Shown here: positions 25,001 through 36,725 of the stretch, piece by piece
Layout of the letters: every line of letters starts with the position of its first letter
Position numbering within the stretch: position 1 is the first letter of the stretch
Assembly (NCBI GenBank): GCA_964016885.1
Contig: OZ024742.1
Coordinates: 291,710,001 to 291,774,000, forward strand
Reading direction: 5' to 3'
From: Eledone cirrhosa
Lineage: Eukaryota
Length of the DNA stretch: 64,000 bases
Made by a program: the position numbers and the translations under genes
The notes under the pieces: model-generated
The model's database searches: none
What the model saw: only the letters and a program-made list of their open reading frames with translations
Told to the model about the DNA's origin: nothing

Positions 25001-27365
25001 TAGTGTGGACTGTGTGATTTTTACTGTTGCATCAAAATGACCACTACAGTGTGGACTGTGATTTTTACTGTTGCATCAAAATGACCACTACAGTGTGGAC
25101 TGGGTGATTTTTACTGTTGCATCAAAATGACCACTATAGTGTGGACTGTGTGATTTTTACTGTTGCATCAAAATGACCACTACAGTGTGGACTGGGTGAT
25201 TTTTACTGTTGCATCAAAATCACCACTATAGTGTGGACTGGGTGATTTTTACTGTTGCATCAAAATCACCACTACAGTGTGGACTGGGTGATTTTTACTG
25301 TTGCATCAAAATCACCACTACAGTGTGGACTGGGTGATTTTTACTGTTGCATCAAAATGACCACTATAGTGTGGACTGGGTGATTTTTACTGTTGCATCA
25401 AAATGACCACTACAGTGTGGACTGTGTGATTTTTACTGTTGCATCAAAATGACCACTACAGTGTGGACTGGGTGATTTTTACTGTTGCATCAAAATGACC
25501 ACTACAGTGTGGACTGTGTGATTTTCACTGTTGCATCAAAATGACCACTACAGTGTGGACTGGGTGATTTTTACTGTTGCATCAAAATGACCACTACAGT
25601 GTGGACTGGGTGATTTTTACTGTTGCATCAAAATGACCACTACAGTGTGGACTGTGTGTTTTTACTGTTGCATCAAAATGACCACTACAGTGTGGACTGG
25701 GTGATTTTTACTGTTGCATCAAAATTACCACTACAGTGTGGACTGGGTGATTTTTACTGTTGCATCAAAATTACCACTACAGTGTGGACTGGGTGATTTT
25801 TACTGTTGCATCAAAATGACCACTATAGTGTGGACTGTGTGATTTTTACTGTTGCATCAAAATGACCACTACAGTGTGGACTGTGTGATTTTTACTGTTG
25901 CATCAAAATGACCACTACAGTGTGGACTGTGATTTTTACTGTTGCATCAAAATGACCACTACAGTGTGGACTGTGTGATTTTTACTGTTGCATCAAAATG
26001 ACCACTACAGTGTGGACTGTGTGATTTTTACTGTTGCATCAAAATGACCACTACAGTGTGGACTGTGTGATTTTTACTGTTGCATCCAAATGACCACTAC
26101 AGTGTGGACTGTGTGATTTTTACTGTTGCATCCAAATGACCACTACAGTGTGGACTGTGTGATTTTTACTGTTGCATCAAAATGACCACTACAGTGTGGA
26201 CTGGGTGATTTTTACTGTTGCATCAAAATCACCACTATAGTGTGGACTGGGTGATTTTTACTGTTGCATCAAAATGACCACTATAGTGTGGACTGGGTGA
26301 TTTTTACTGTTGCATCAAAATGACCACTACAGTGTGGACTGGGTGATTTTTACTGTTGCATCAAAATGACCACTACAGTGTGAACTGTGTGATTTTTACT
26401 GTTGCATCCAAATGACCACTACAGTGTGGACTGTGATTTTTACTGTTGCATCAAAATGACCACTACAGTGTGGACTGGGTGATTTTTACTGTTGCATCAA
26501 AATCACCACTATAGTGTGGACTGGGTGATTTTTACTGTTGCATCAAAATGACCACTATAGTGTGGACTGTGTGATTTTTACTGTTGCATCCAAATGACCA
26601 CTACAGTGTGGACTGTGTGATTTTTACTGTTGCATCAAAATGACCACTACAGTGTGGACTGGGTGATTTTTACTGTTGCATCAAAATCACCACTATAGTG
26701 TGGACTGGGTGATTTTTACTGTTGCATCAAAATGACCACTACAGTGTGGACTGTGTGATTTTTACTGTTGCATCAAAATGACCACTACAGTGTGAACTGT
26801 GTGATTTTTACTGTTGCATCCAAATGACCACTACAGTGTGGACTGTGTGATTTTTACTGTTGCATCAAAATGACCACTACAGTGTGGACTGGGTGATTTT
26901 TACTGTTGCATCAAAATCACCACTATAGTGTGGACTGGGTGATTTTTACTGTTGCATCAAAATGACCACTATAGTGTGGACTGTGTGATTTTTACTGTTG
27001 CATCCAAATGACCACTACAGTGTGGACTGTGTGATTTTTACTGTTGCATCAAAATCACCACTATAGTGTGGACTGGGTGATTTTTACTGTTGCATCAAAA
27101 TGACCACTACAGCGTGGACTGGGTGATTTTTACTGTTGCATCAAAATCACCACTATAGTGTGGACTGGGTGATTTTTACTGTTGCATCAAAATAACCACT
27201 ATAGTGTGGACTGGGTGATTTTTGTCAAGTCACCAAAACAACCACTTTACACTCTGAGCTGGGTGCTTTTTGTTGAGTCACCAAAACAACCACTCTTCAG
27301 TGTGAACAGTGCTTTTTGCCAAGTCACCAAAAAGGTCATTATATAGTGTGAACTAGGTGCTTTTT
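19060..27365 (-). mobile_element. RTE-3'UTR-like retroposon hosting the large minisatellite
   Basis: 19060-19200 is the reverse complement of the RTE-A 3' UTR (cccagtccacactgtaaatgtggttggtgttagg..catccagcc..gagcaagaca..(GAT)n). Diverged monomers continue at 27225-27365. Confidence 0.7.
19175..27225. repeat. 46-bp tandem minisatellite array (~175 units) with a 2930-bp higher-order duplication
   Basis: The unit is ccacta(c/t)agtgtggactg(t/g)gtgatttttactgttgcatcaaaatga, with 44- and 47-bp variants. Rare variants recur at +2930 bp. Confidence 0.98.
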
Positions 27366-27625
27366 GAAATCAGACCATAAAGGGCCTAAATATGGTGTAA
27401 AGCATGCTGTCTGACGCTCTACTGATACTGCCAACCCACCATCCTACACTGAATAATAATAATGGTTTCTGATTTAGGCACAAGGCCAACTATTTTTGGG
27501 GGTGGGGTAAGTCGATTAAATTGACCCCAGTGCATTACTGGTGCTTTATTTTATTGACCCCATAGGGATGAAAGGCAAAGCTAACCTCGGCAACATTTGA
27601 ACTCAGAATGTAAAGAACCAAAATA
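27365..27625 (-). mobile_element. SINE family S1 (two partial tandem copies)
   Basis: Reverse complement of the S1 core (ttattgaccccatagggatgaaaggcaaag..tttgaactcag) with an (AAT)n tail at ~27452-27463. Confidence 0.8.
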
Positions 27626-28104
27626 TATGTTGCAAAGCCTTTTATCCATCAATCGAATGTATAAAACTAAACTGATAGAGTTAAAAGCAAGCAACTTTAA
27701 AGAAAATTTAAAGTTGACACATCACAAAGTTTTTATAAAAACAGAAAAATCAAATGCATCAGGAGAATTAGATAAATGGGTGTTGTGTTTTTCTTTCATC
27801 CCAGAAGATGTAAAGAGGGAATATATCATACTATCTTGTCAATGTATAAAGGGGAGGTAACACAAAACAAATTAATTGATAAAAACTTTACATGTCAAGT
27901 TATTTTATATTGAAATTATGTCAACTAATCTCTTTCTTGTAAATGTTTTCTACAAAATGTGATTTACAACAGCCAATGATTCCGATGATAAATGGTAGCT
28001 TTCCTTTGGAAAAAACATCAAACAGTTTGGAAGTTCTGAAAACCAGTTTTTAACTGTTTGTATTATTTCCTCCTACTGGTTCAATATTCTCTGTAAATGA
28101 AGTT

Positions 28105-28440
28105 CTTGTTGTTGTTACAGCTCATATCTGTATAGGTTTAGCTGGCCTATGAAATTGCATCTTATAAGAGGATTCTAAGATGCTTGAATAATAGGGGTTC
28201 CAGTTCTATCACATGCAATCATGTAGCTATTACAGCTCATATCTGCAGAATTTTAGTTAGCTTCTTATAAAGTTGATTCTCATAGAAAGTTTCTTGGGTG
28301 TTTTAATGATAGGTGCCCAAGCCCTATCACACACATGCACATATATGTTGTTGTTACATCTCATACATACGCAGGTCTAGCCGGTTTCCTATGAGGTTGC
28401 ATCTCATAGGATGCTTCTCAGGTGTTTAAATAAGGTGTCC
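28105..28440. repeat. Diverged ~105-125-bp tandem repeat (3 units), related copy at ~37280-37460
   Basis: Recurrent ttacagctcata..ttgcatctcatag..tgttttaatgatagggg..ctatcac. Confidence 0.55.
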
Positions 28441-28869
28441 CATCATTTTCATTGAAATTTTTTTATATAAACAATAATAGATGTATATATGAAGGCATAT
28501 ATGATATGTTTATGTATAATGGTTTCTTTATTATGATATATTTATGTATAATATGTTTATTATAATATGTTTATTATGATATGTTTATGTATAATAAACA
28601 TACAAGAGTCATGCTATGAATATTTGAAGCCGTGATCATATCACAGCTATCTCAGTGATTGGTAACAATGTGAGACATGTTTCTGGAATGTTATGCAACA
28701 TCTTCAGTATTTACTCATTCAGTACTTAGGAAAGAATAAGCTCAAGCTTATATGCTTTTTTGTGTATGGAACATCTGCTGGGGATGCTCATTTGCATGTA
28801 GTGCAAATTGGACCTGCTACTAAATAATAAACAAATACAAAAGAATAACAAGACCGTTGCTTAACTTAC

Positions 28870-28933
28870 CATTTCTGTTTATAATCCTGGTACAATAAGT
28901 CCCACAAATACACACTAAGTAAGGAGTCCTTCC
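28870..28933 (-). CDS. Candidate isolated 64-nt internal exon of an unidentified host gene
   Basis: On the minus strand there is an acceptor ttttttcttgtcttttacag|gg and a donor atg|gtaagt in non-repetitive DNA. Two frames are open (KDSLLSVYLWDLLYQDYKQK or GRTPYLVCICGTYCTRIINRN). Confidence 0.35.
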
Positions 28934-29094
28934 CTGTAAAAGACAAGAAAAAATATATATGTAGTTAAATATATACATAGTTATATATATATATGTGCTA
29001 GTTATATACAGCTTGAAGCTATATATAAAAATAAATGAAGAGGAATATGTATATATATCATCTTCATTTAACAGTGTTTTCTGTGTGTATAAAT

Positions 29095-29612
29095 TTATAT
29101 AAAGTACCAGTAACACATTGGGGTTGATTTAATTGACTTTCTACTCCCCAAAAATTGTTGGCCTTGGGCCTAAATCATAAGCCATTATGATTATAAAGGG
29201 CTGCGAATTGACAGTATTTCTAGAGAGTCGGACGCCATACTTTGCAGTATAGAGTTATAACTCCTTATGGTCTTTGTTCAAATCCCGCTGAGATTAGCTT
29301 TGCTTTTCATCCTTGTGGGGTCGATAAAATAAAGTACCAATAATGCACTGGGATAATTGCTGGCCTTGTGCTAAAAATAGAAACAATTATGATTATAAAG
29401 TGCAGTGGATTGACAGAATCGATAGCGCACTGGACAACATGCTTTGTGGCGTATAGTTCTGTCCCTTTACACTCTGAGTTCAAATCCTGCCTTTGCTTTT
29501 CATCCTTATGGAGTCGATAAAATAAAGTACCAGTAATGTACTGGGTTGATTTAATCGACTTTCCTTTTCCCTTCAAATTGTTGGCCTTATGCCAAAAGTA
29601 GAAACAATTATT
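29095..29612 (+). mobile_element. Three tandem/nested SINE S1 copies
   Basis: The head is tRNA-like, with B-box gttcaaatcc, followed by the S1 core and 3' end. The middle copy is flanked by attatgattataaag (29184-98, 29386-400). Confidence 0.85.
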
Positions 29613-30463
29613 ATATTAGTTTATACTAATTCACATAACATTCCTAACTGGGTGAATGGGAGGGAGGAGATAGACAGATACACATTTACATACATACACA
29701 GATACATATAGGCATTCATACATATATATACATAGATACACAGTCACACACATTTACATACACACACAAGCACATATAGGCGTACATACACATATATACA
29801 TAGACACAAACAGTCACATATATGCGCAGTCAAACACAGATACACAAGAACATAGATGTACATACATATATATACATAGATACACAAACACAGACACATG
29901 TACACATAGAAAGATATATACACAATCCTGCCATACATATACCACCAACAATACCACCACCTCCAAAAATAACAACAGCAACAACATAACCACCACCACC
30001 AGCAACAAAACCAACACCACCCCCACCACCACTAACAACAATAACACAGTTGAAGAAGTATTCAATTTGTGGTTGTCAAAATTCCGTCTGTAATTAAAGT
30101 TTGTGTCAAAATGCCAGATTTATTAGAAGAGTTTTGAAAATGTTTCAAATCTAGAAGCAATAAAAGATTGGATTGTTTTAGTAGAACTTGCTAGAAATAT
30201 GAGAAGTACTTAAAAAATTGTTGAGCAATGGCCAAGATAATCAGTGACAAAAGGAGTAATTAAGTTATCTTGGTTGTTGCTGTTGGGCTTCAGTTCAGTC
30301 CTTTAGTAATCCCTTTTGATACCAAATCAGTCATGGCCCCATTATACAAAACTGTTTTAACCCTCTCATTACCATATTTATAATGAAAGACATTATGATT
30401 TTTGATTCATTTGAAAATAAATTAAGAATTTGGAGGGATTTAGTAATATAACTTTCTCTTTAA

Positions 30464-30665
30464 CCCTTTAGCATTTAAACCAGCTGTACCTGGCCAGAAT
30501 TCTTTCACCTCTTTATGTTCAAACTGGACATAACCAGCTGCTCATACCGACATTAAGGTATTGTTCTCAAAATAAATAATATCAAAATTTCATAGATTCG
30601 ATATTATGTGAGATAAAGCTGTTAAAATACAATAGTAAATATAGGGTAATGTAAATGCTAAAGGA
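30464..30665. mobile_element. piggyBac-like MITE (TTAA TSD), nested in an older AT-rich MITE
   Basis: ttaa-ccctttagcattta...taaatgctaaagga-ttaa. Homologous to 34691-34911. Confidence 0.8.
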
Positions 30666-31424
30666 TTAATCTGCTATTTGGAACATAACTTAAAGCTTTC
30701 TACATAAAATTATGGTTGAAATTGTTTTGAAATATAAAAACTATATAAGTTGGTTTTTTTTTTCAACCATAGAATGGGGAGTAGTTTTGAGTGGGTGGTA
30801 TCAAAAGTGGTAAAGTGTTTATATTTATCTAAAAACCTTTCATCATAATTTTATTGCCACCACCTCCCCAATTAATTCCATCATGGAAAACAGACATAAA
30901 ATGAATTTTTGTTAAATTATGTTCCAAACATCAACTTAATGAGAAAGTTATATTACTAAATCCCTAAAAATTCTTAATTATTTTCAAAATTATTCAAAAA
31001 TCATAGGCAGTGTATTTTATTAGAAATATAATGAAAGGGTTATATTTATTTAAAATCCTTACATCATAATTTTATATAAGAACCTTTATGTTCCAAACAC
31101 CAGCTTAATGAGAAAGATATTAATATTATTAAATCTCTCCATATTCTATATTATTTTCAAAATTATTTGAAAACCATAAGCAGAGTTTCTCATAAAGAAT
31201 ATAATGGCGGAAAGGTTAAAAGGTTCAATTTGTTATAAGAATTTTTCTTACACCATTTTTCAAATACCATCTTAAGAATGAAATAATTGAAGATTTTAGT
31301 AAATCTTTTTAAATCCTTCATTAATTAATACCAATACCGTATAATTTCATTAGAAATATAGCAATGAAAGGCTTAAGAAAACCTATGAACAAAGGTGTTC
31401 AAGCTGTTATTATTTAAAATTGTG

Positions 31425-31780
31425 ATCATGCCTGATGCAATCCTACAGCATGGCACCTTCTGCAAATGTCTGCTGTTACTTCGGGCTGAGCAATGCTTTG
31501 AGAGGGAAATCTGGAACACAGAAATCTGCAGAAGCCCATTGTATGGGTATGTATGTATATGTGTGCGTGTGTGTGTGCATAAATATGGAGGGGGCAGCCT
31601 CCATTTGAGTGTATGTATGCCCTATCTAGAACAGGAATAATATATACTTGCTTGTTGTAAGAAGCAAATAAAATAGTTGGCACCAAAAAGGGCATTCAGA
31701 CATAAATCTTTGCCTCAATGACATGGGGCCCACAAAGCTAACCCCTGTTTTAACAGTGAAAATGTCTTTACAATGCCTAT
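31425..31780 (+). mobile_element. Degenerate SINE (second family, RTE-like tail)
   Basis: cagcatggcacctt..aaatgtc..gagagggaaatctgg..agaagccc..tgtgtgtg..gggcattcag. Similar to the reverse complement of 36135-36490. Confidence 0.45.
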
Positions 31781-32082
31781 TGTATATATGCTTGTTTGTC
31801 TCTACATATATCTTTCCATTGACAACTTAAAAACAAATGATTCTATTTATTTGTGTTTCACACCATAGCAGTATGACATGTGAAGATTAGTAGAATAAGT
31901 ACAGGTTGGCGTTAAGTAGGAACTCCCATTAACAAATACTGCTTTAAAAAAAACTCATTCATTCTATGTCACCAACGTGGAAAAGCAGACCTAAAAACAA
32001 TGAGGTTGATGACTTTACTAAATGAAATTAATGTTAACTGAAGAATTTCTACAGATTTTAGAAGAAACTAAAGTACTTCATA

Positions 32083-32254
32083 TACTTTAGTTATTGAAGT
32101 GACGTCCAAGGTGGAGTAGCTGTTTCAGTGTATCTCCCTTACTGTCCTCCAGGGCAATGTATTCTCCATCCTGTCAACCGGGACCCAGTGGCAGAGGGTA
32201 AGTTAGTTGATGGTGGAGGATACTTGTTTGGATGTCACTTCAACAACTAAAGTA
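32083..32254. mobile_element. MITE with 27-bp TIRs flanked by TA
   Basis: tactttagttattgaagtgacgtccaa and ttggatgtcacttcaacaactaaagta pair with 2 mismatches. TA lies on both sides. Confidence 0.7.
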
Positions 32255-32899
32255 TATTTACATATGAAATACTTCTTTACTTTCTTCCCAAAATGAAGTT
32301 AATTAAACTTATAAATCAATATATTTGTTGCTTAATTGTAGGTCCTTAACACTTTTGTAACTAGATTTCTAATAATAATATGCTGTCTGTGTTATAATTA
32401 TTAAAATAATCAAGAATTATGGGAGTTTTAATGAAATAAATATCTTTTATTATTAAGTTGAAAGTTAACTACTGAAATCTAATATTATTTGTCATGTAAT
32501 AATGAAATTTTTGTTCAATATTTATATTTATATTTCAATAATTTAACCCATGACCATATTTCTAATGGAATACGTTCTATTTCAATGAATTAATGAAGAA
32601 TTTTGAATGATTAACTAAAATTATTAATAATTTTATAATTATGATGGTATTTGTGAGGTGACAAAAGTATCTTGAAAATTAACTAGAAGATTAATTTAAA
32701 TTTCAAATAGGAACTTTTCAGATTGGATAATTTTGTTTTGTAGAACCAGGGTCAGTTTTGGTTGGGTTGGTATCAAAAGGGTTAATAGAAGCTGTTTTAG
32801 GTTGATTCATGCTTAAATTTCTTTAATGTCTGCTCCCACCACATAAATCCACTCTGCCATCTAGTGAATTTCCAGTACACCAGAAATTATCAAAGATCT

Positions 32900-33330
32900 G
32901 TAAGTAATCCCTGAGGAAGAGTATTAAGATCAGACCCTTCTTCTTGACCCACTTATTCCTGAGAGAGTCATGGGGGCAGAGTCCTCAAACACTCCTTCCA
33001 GCAAGTACTGTCAAAAGCAACCATCTCCAGCTGAGACCAGCCAAGCTCATGGATGTTATCCAACCATCTTGCTTGGGGTCTCCTGCCGGTTGATTTTGCC
33101 AGTAAAATCTGTCCAGTGATTCTTTCCTGAGATATTGTAACCACATGCCCCCATAGTATTGAAGCTCTTAATTCTTGTTTTTTTTAAAGCAAGTTTTGTT
33201 AAATGGCTGTGAGACATGGACACTGACACAGACACTGGAAAACCAGTTAGACATAATATATTCCTACAGGTTATGGGTGGTTCTTAGCATCACTTGGAAG
33301 AGCTGCACCAACAATACAGAGCTTTAAACA
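32900..33330. mobile_element. Old RTE-like LINE fragments (both orientations)
   Basis: Minus strand gives ..PQARWLDNIHELGWSQLE. Plus strand at ~33200 gives LNGCETWTLTQTLENQLD. Confidence 0.55.
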
Positions 33331-33504
33331 TGAACCAACACACTATCCAGTCCATTGGTCCTGGAATCGAACCCATGACCTTATGATCATGAGTTCAACT
33401 TTCTAAATCCCCTCCCCAGGTCACATATCTTCAATGGTTAGTGTATTTAATAGTTTGGTAATACTGGTGGGGGAAAAAATGAAGTTTACAGTTTATACCT
33501 ATGC

Positions 33505-33740
33505 ATGATTTTTACAGCTGGATGCCCTTCCTTATGCCAATCAGTAGAGCATGGACTGGGTGCATTTTATCATGGCACTGCACTACCACTTTACAGAGTG
33601 TACTAGGTGCATTTTATTGTGGAACCAGCTCTACCACTTTAGAGTGTGCAATGGATGCATTTTAACATGGCACCACCACTACCACTTTATAGTGTACTGG
33701 GTGCATTTTATCATGGCACCAGCACTACCATTTTACAATA
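33505..33740 (-). repeat. Retroposon UTR module with ~4-5 tandem ~41-bp units
   Basis: tttacagctggatgcccttcct followed by repeated ctaccactttacagagtgtactgggtgcattttatcatggcacc. Confidence 0.7.
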
Positions 33741-34690
33741 ATTTAAAACCAAAGGAAATCATTAATATGGTAAATACTGGTGATACTAAAGTCTTTCTCG
33801 AGCCTAGAGGCTCAGGAAGTTTGAGGATATCTAATTTATCACAAGGTTAACCTCCAGCTGCTGCTGTTACTAATCTTTTTTCAACTGAGTGAACAGAGGC
33901 AACCTTTCTCAAAGACTCACTACAATGTTCAGTCCAGGAATCAAACCCACAACCTTATGACCACAAGATCAATATCCTAACCACTAGTTCTCATTGGTTA
34001 GATATGTCTAGAAATACGTTAGAATTTAGTAATTTCTATGTTTATGATTATTTAATTCTTTAAGTATTGGAAGAGATGAAAGCTTATAGCTTGGAGACAA
34101 TAATTTCAAATGAAATAGGAAAGCATTAATATATATATGTAAATACTACTATTAGATTGTTCTAGTAAAGTCTGTAGACTGAAATATAAATATAAGAGAG
34201 GTAGGAATGGAGATTGTCATAATTTTGTGTTATGTAATTACTTTAGCTTAAGTAGAATTGTTGAAATACATATGGTATATATGTGTTTATTGTAAACTGA
34301 TTTAAATATGTCATAGCACAAAACCCTTTTACTAAGCAATTTGGCATGAAACAATGTATCAATGGAAATTATGGTTAAGTACTGTTATATAACAAGTCTG
34401 TTCTTATGTCTATCATAAAGACTGTAGTCTTAGAGTAATTTGGTTCTAAAGAGAACTTTATATCCATAATGACTACGAATAGATTTATTTCAATATATTA
34501 ATAGCAATCACTATTAAAGATAAACCAACGACACAACAGTGGGTTTCATTGGCATCTTTTTCTCAGTGTAGAAATAATACTTTTGGATGAGCTGAGTGAA
34601 CTTTAACCCTGTTAAACACCATTTCATCTCATCTCAATTGATCTTTCAAATGAACCAGGGTAAATAAACTCATGCCAGATCACATCTTAA

Positions 34691-34911
34691 CCCTTTAGCA
34701 TTTAAACCAGCCGTATCTGGTCAGAACTCTCTCACTTTTTTCTATTCAAACCAGCTGTAACTGGCCACTCATACCTACATTAACATATTGTTCCCAAAAT
34801 AAATATCATCAAAATCTCATAGATTTGATATTATGTGAGATAATTACGTAAGATAAAGCCTTTACTGTGAAAATACAATAGTAAATATAGAATAATGTAA
34901 ATGCTAAAGGG
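34691..34911. mobile_element. piggyBac-like MITE (TTAA TSD)
   Basis: ttaa-ccctttagcattta...taaatgctaaaggg-ttaa, with perfect 14-bp TIRs. Confidence 0.88.
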
Positions 34912-35622
34912 TTAATCTACCATTAGCATACACATTTTCAACTCAGTCTTCTGTTTAGTGTCTTTTTGAAGTTTATTTATCCATGCATTCACTGCCATAG
35001 TATCATATTTGAAGCTATTTCTTCTCAGACAAAGACCTGCCTGTTATGTATTATATATAATGATTTAACAAAAAAAGTCAAATTTTTGTTATACTTCAGT
35101 AACACAATAAAAACAAGACGTGTGTGTGTGTGGAGGGGGGGGGGGGTCAACTTATACATCCTCAGTTGGACAACATATCTCAGCAGTCTTCCAATGACAA
35201 GATGGTAAAAGCATTGTCACAGAGAACAGCCAGCCATATCTACTGCATCAGCCATTTCACCTAATGGACTCCTTCTTCAGGCATTCCCATCTCCTGATTT
35301 TACAGAGGAAAGCAATGACAGCTTGAAGACTGAGGACACCAGAGGAAAACTTGCACAAAAAGAAAATGGCCAGTCATAGTCTGGTATTTTAAGTATGCTT
35401 CATTCATGGTAGTGGACTTGAGTCAGTGACTAGGTCATAGAGAGTGCAATGAAATGGATCTCACTTTAGGTTTTGACAACATTCAAATTATTCAGTCAGT
35501 GTTTGATATTTAGTAATTTGCTGATCCTCTGCATTGCTGGTGGCACTGTTCAGGTTTATGACTGAAGTGATGAGATTGGCACTGGAGACAGTGTCACAAC
35601 ATTTGGCATCCAAAATGAGTGT

Positions 35623-35915
35623 GGAGACATGTGGCCTAGTGGTAAGGGTATTGAACTTTCAATCATAATGTTGTTGGTTCTATTCCTGGGCTGGGTTGCG
35701 TGTTGTGTTCTTGAGAAAATCACTTCATTTCACATTGCTCCAGTATACTCACTCAGCTGAAAATGAGTACCAGCTATAGGTGGGAACTTAACCTTGCGAT
35801 GAACTGGCGTCCTATCCTGGGGGGGGGGGGGGTTGTCTTGTACTCTCAGTTGCTTCACGCCATGAAACCGGGATAGGCAGAGGCCTGACCAACCTTATGG
35901 CTTGAGACAGACTTT
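35623..35915 (+). mobile_element. tRNA-derived SINE (family S2)
   Basis: A-box tggcctagtggtaagg and a degenerate B-box ggttctattcc, then gttgtgttcttgagaaaatcacttcatttcacattgctccagt..cactcagctg..aaatgagtacc. Confidence 0.75.
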
Positions 35916-36043
35916 AGAAGATGAGTGACCTACCATATCCAGGCAAGTTGTGGGAAGCCACCTAAACTTGCATAAGTGTGAGCTGTAAGTTTTATTTTTT
36001 TCCCCCATCAGTATTACTAAACTATTAATTACATTCACCATTG

Positions 36044-36490
36044 AAGATATGTGGCATGGCAGTTAGGGAGTTGAACCCATGATCATAAGGTCACGAGTTT
36101 GATTCTCAGACCACTGGATTGAGTGACGTGTTATTGGATTACAGCCATGCTGGGGCACCACTCTTAAAGGGTTAATCAATCATATTGACCACAGCACTTA
36201 TTTTTAAAAGTCTGGTGCTTCTTTCATCAATCTTTATTTGTTGCACTGCTAAATTACAGGACATAAACAAACAGCACCAGTTAAGCAGTGCAAACATAAA
36301 CACAAGCAGAGATGACATATATTCATGGTCACACAGACATCCACACAGTTTCCGCCTATGAAATTTCACTCACAAAGCTTTGGTCAACCTGTGATCATAG
36401 TAAAATACACTTGCTTCATGTGAGATGTAGTGGGACCTAACATGAAAACAATATCGCTGTGAAGATAACTTAACCACACAGCCATAATTG
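36044..36490. mobile_element. tRNA-SINE head (+) fused to a minus-strand SINE
   Basis: gtggcatggcagttagggag..gagtttgattctc occupies 36051-36108. It is followed by cagccatgctggggcacc..cacacagtttccgcc..aaatttcactcacaaagctttggtc..cttaaccacacagcc. Confidence 0.6.
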
Positions 36491-36537
36491 CACTGATCAC
36501 AGTTATGCCTGCACTAGTATTAATTAGGATTATTATT

Positions 36538-36725
36538 ATTGGATTGGCAAAATTGTTAGAGCATCAGTCAAAATGCTTAGTGGTATTTGTACTGAATCTT
36601 TATGTTCAGAGTTCAAATCCTGCCAAAGTCAACTTTAACTTTCATCCTTTCAGGATTGCCAAAATAAAGTATCAGTAAAGTACTGAGGTCAGCTAATCAA
36701 CTTCTCCTCCCCCAAAATTGCTGGC
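36538..36725 (+). mobile_element. SINE family S1, degenerate
   Basis: ggattggcaaaattgttagagca..gagttcaaatcctgcc..tttcatcctttcagg..aaaataaagtatcag. Confidence 0.75.

Noticed and set aside
19175-27225. CRISPR-like appearance of the regular array
   Set aside because: There are no unique spacers and no cas genes. The units are contiguous tandem copies in a eukaryotic context.
27597-27860. 87-aa ORF
   Set aside because: It is a chimera of SINE sequence and a highly decayed RTE fragment.
29198-29300. tRNA genes suggested by A/B-box motifs
   Set aside because: The boxes belong to SINE heads that continue into the SINE core. No cloverleaf could be built.
35160-35400. More GC-rich stretch that looked like an exon
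   Set aside because: No convincing splice pair was found and most frames contain stops. The minus strand weakly resembles a decayed RTE C-terminus.
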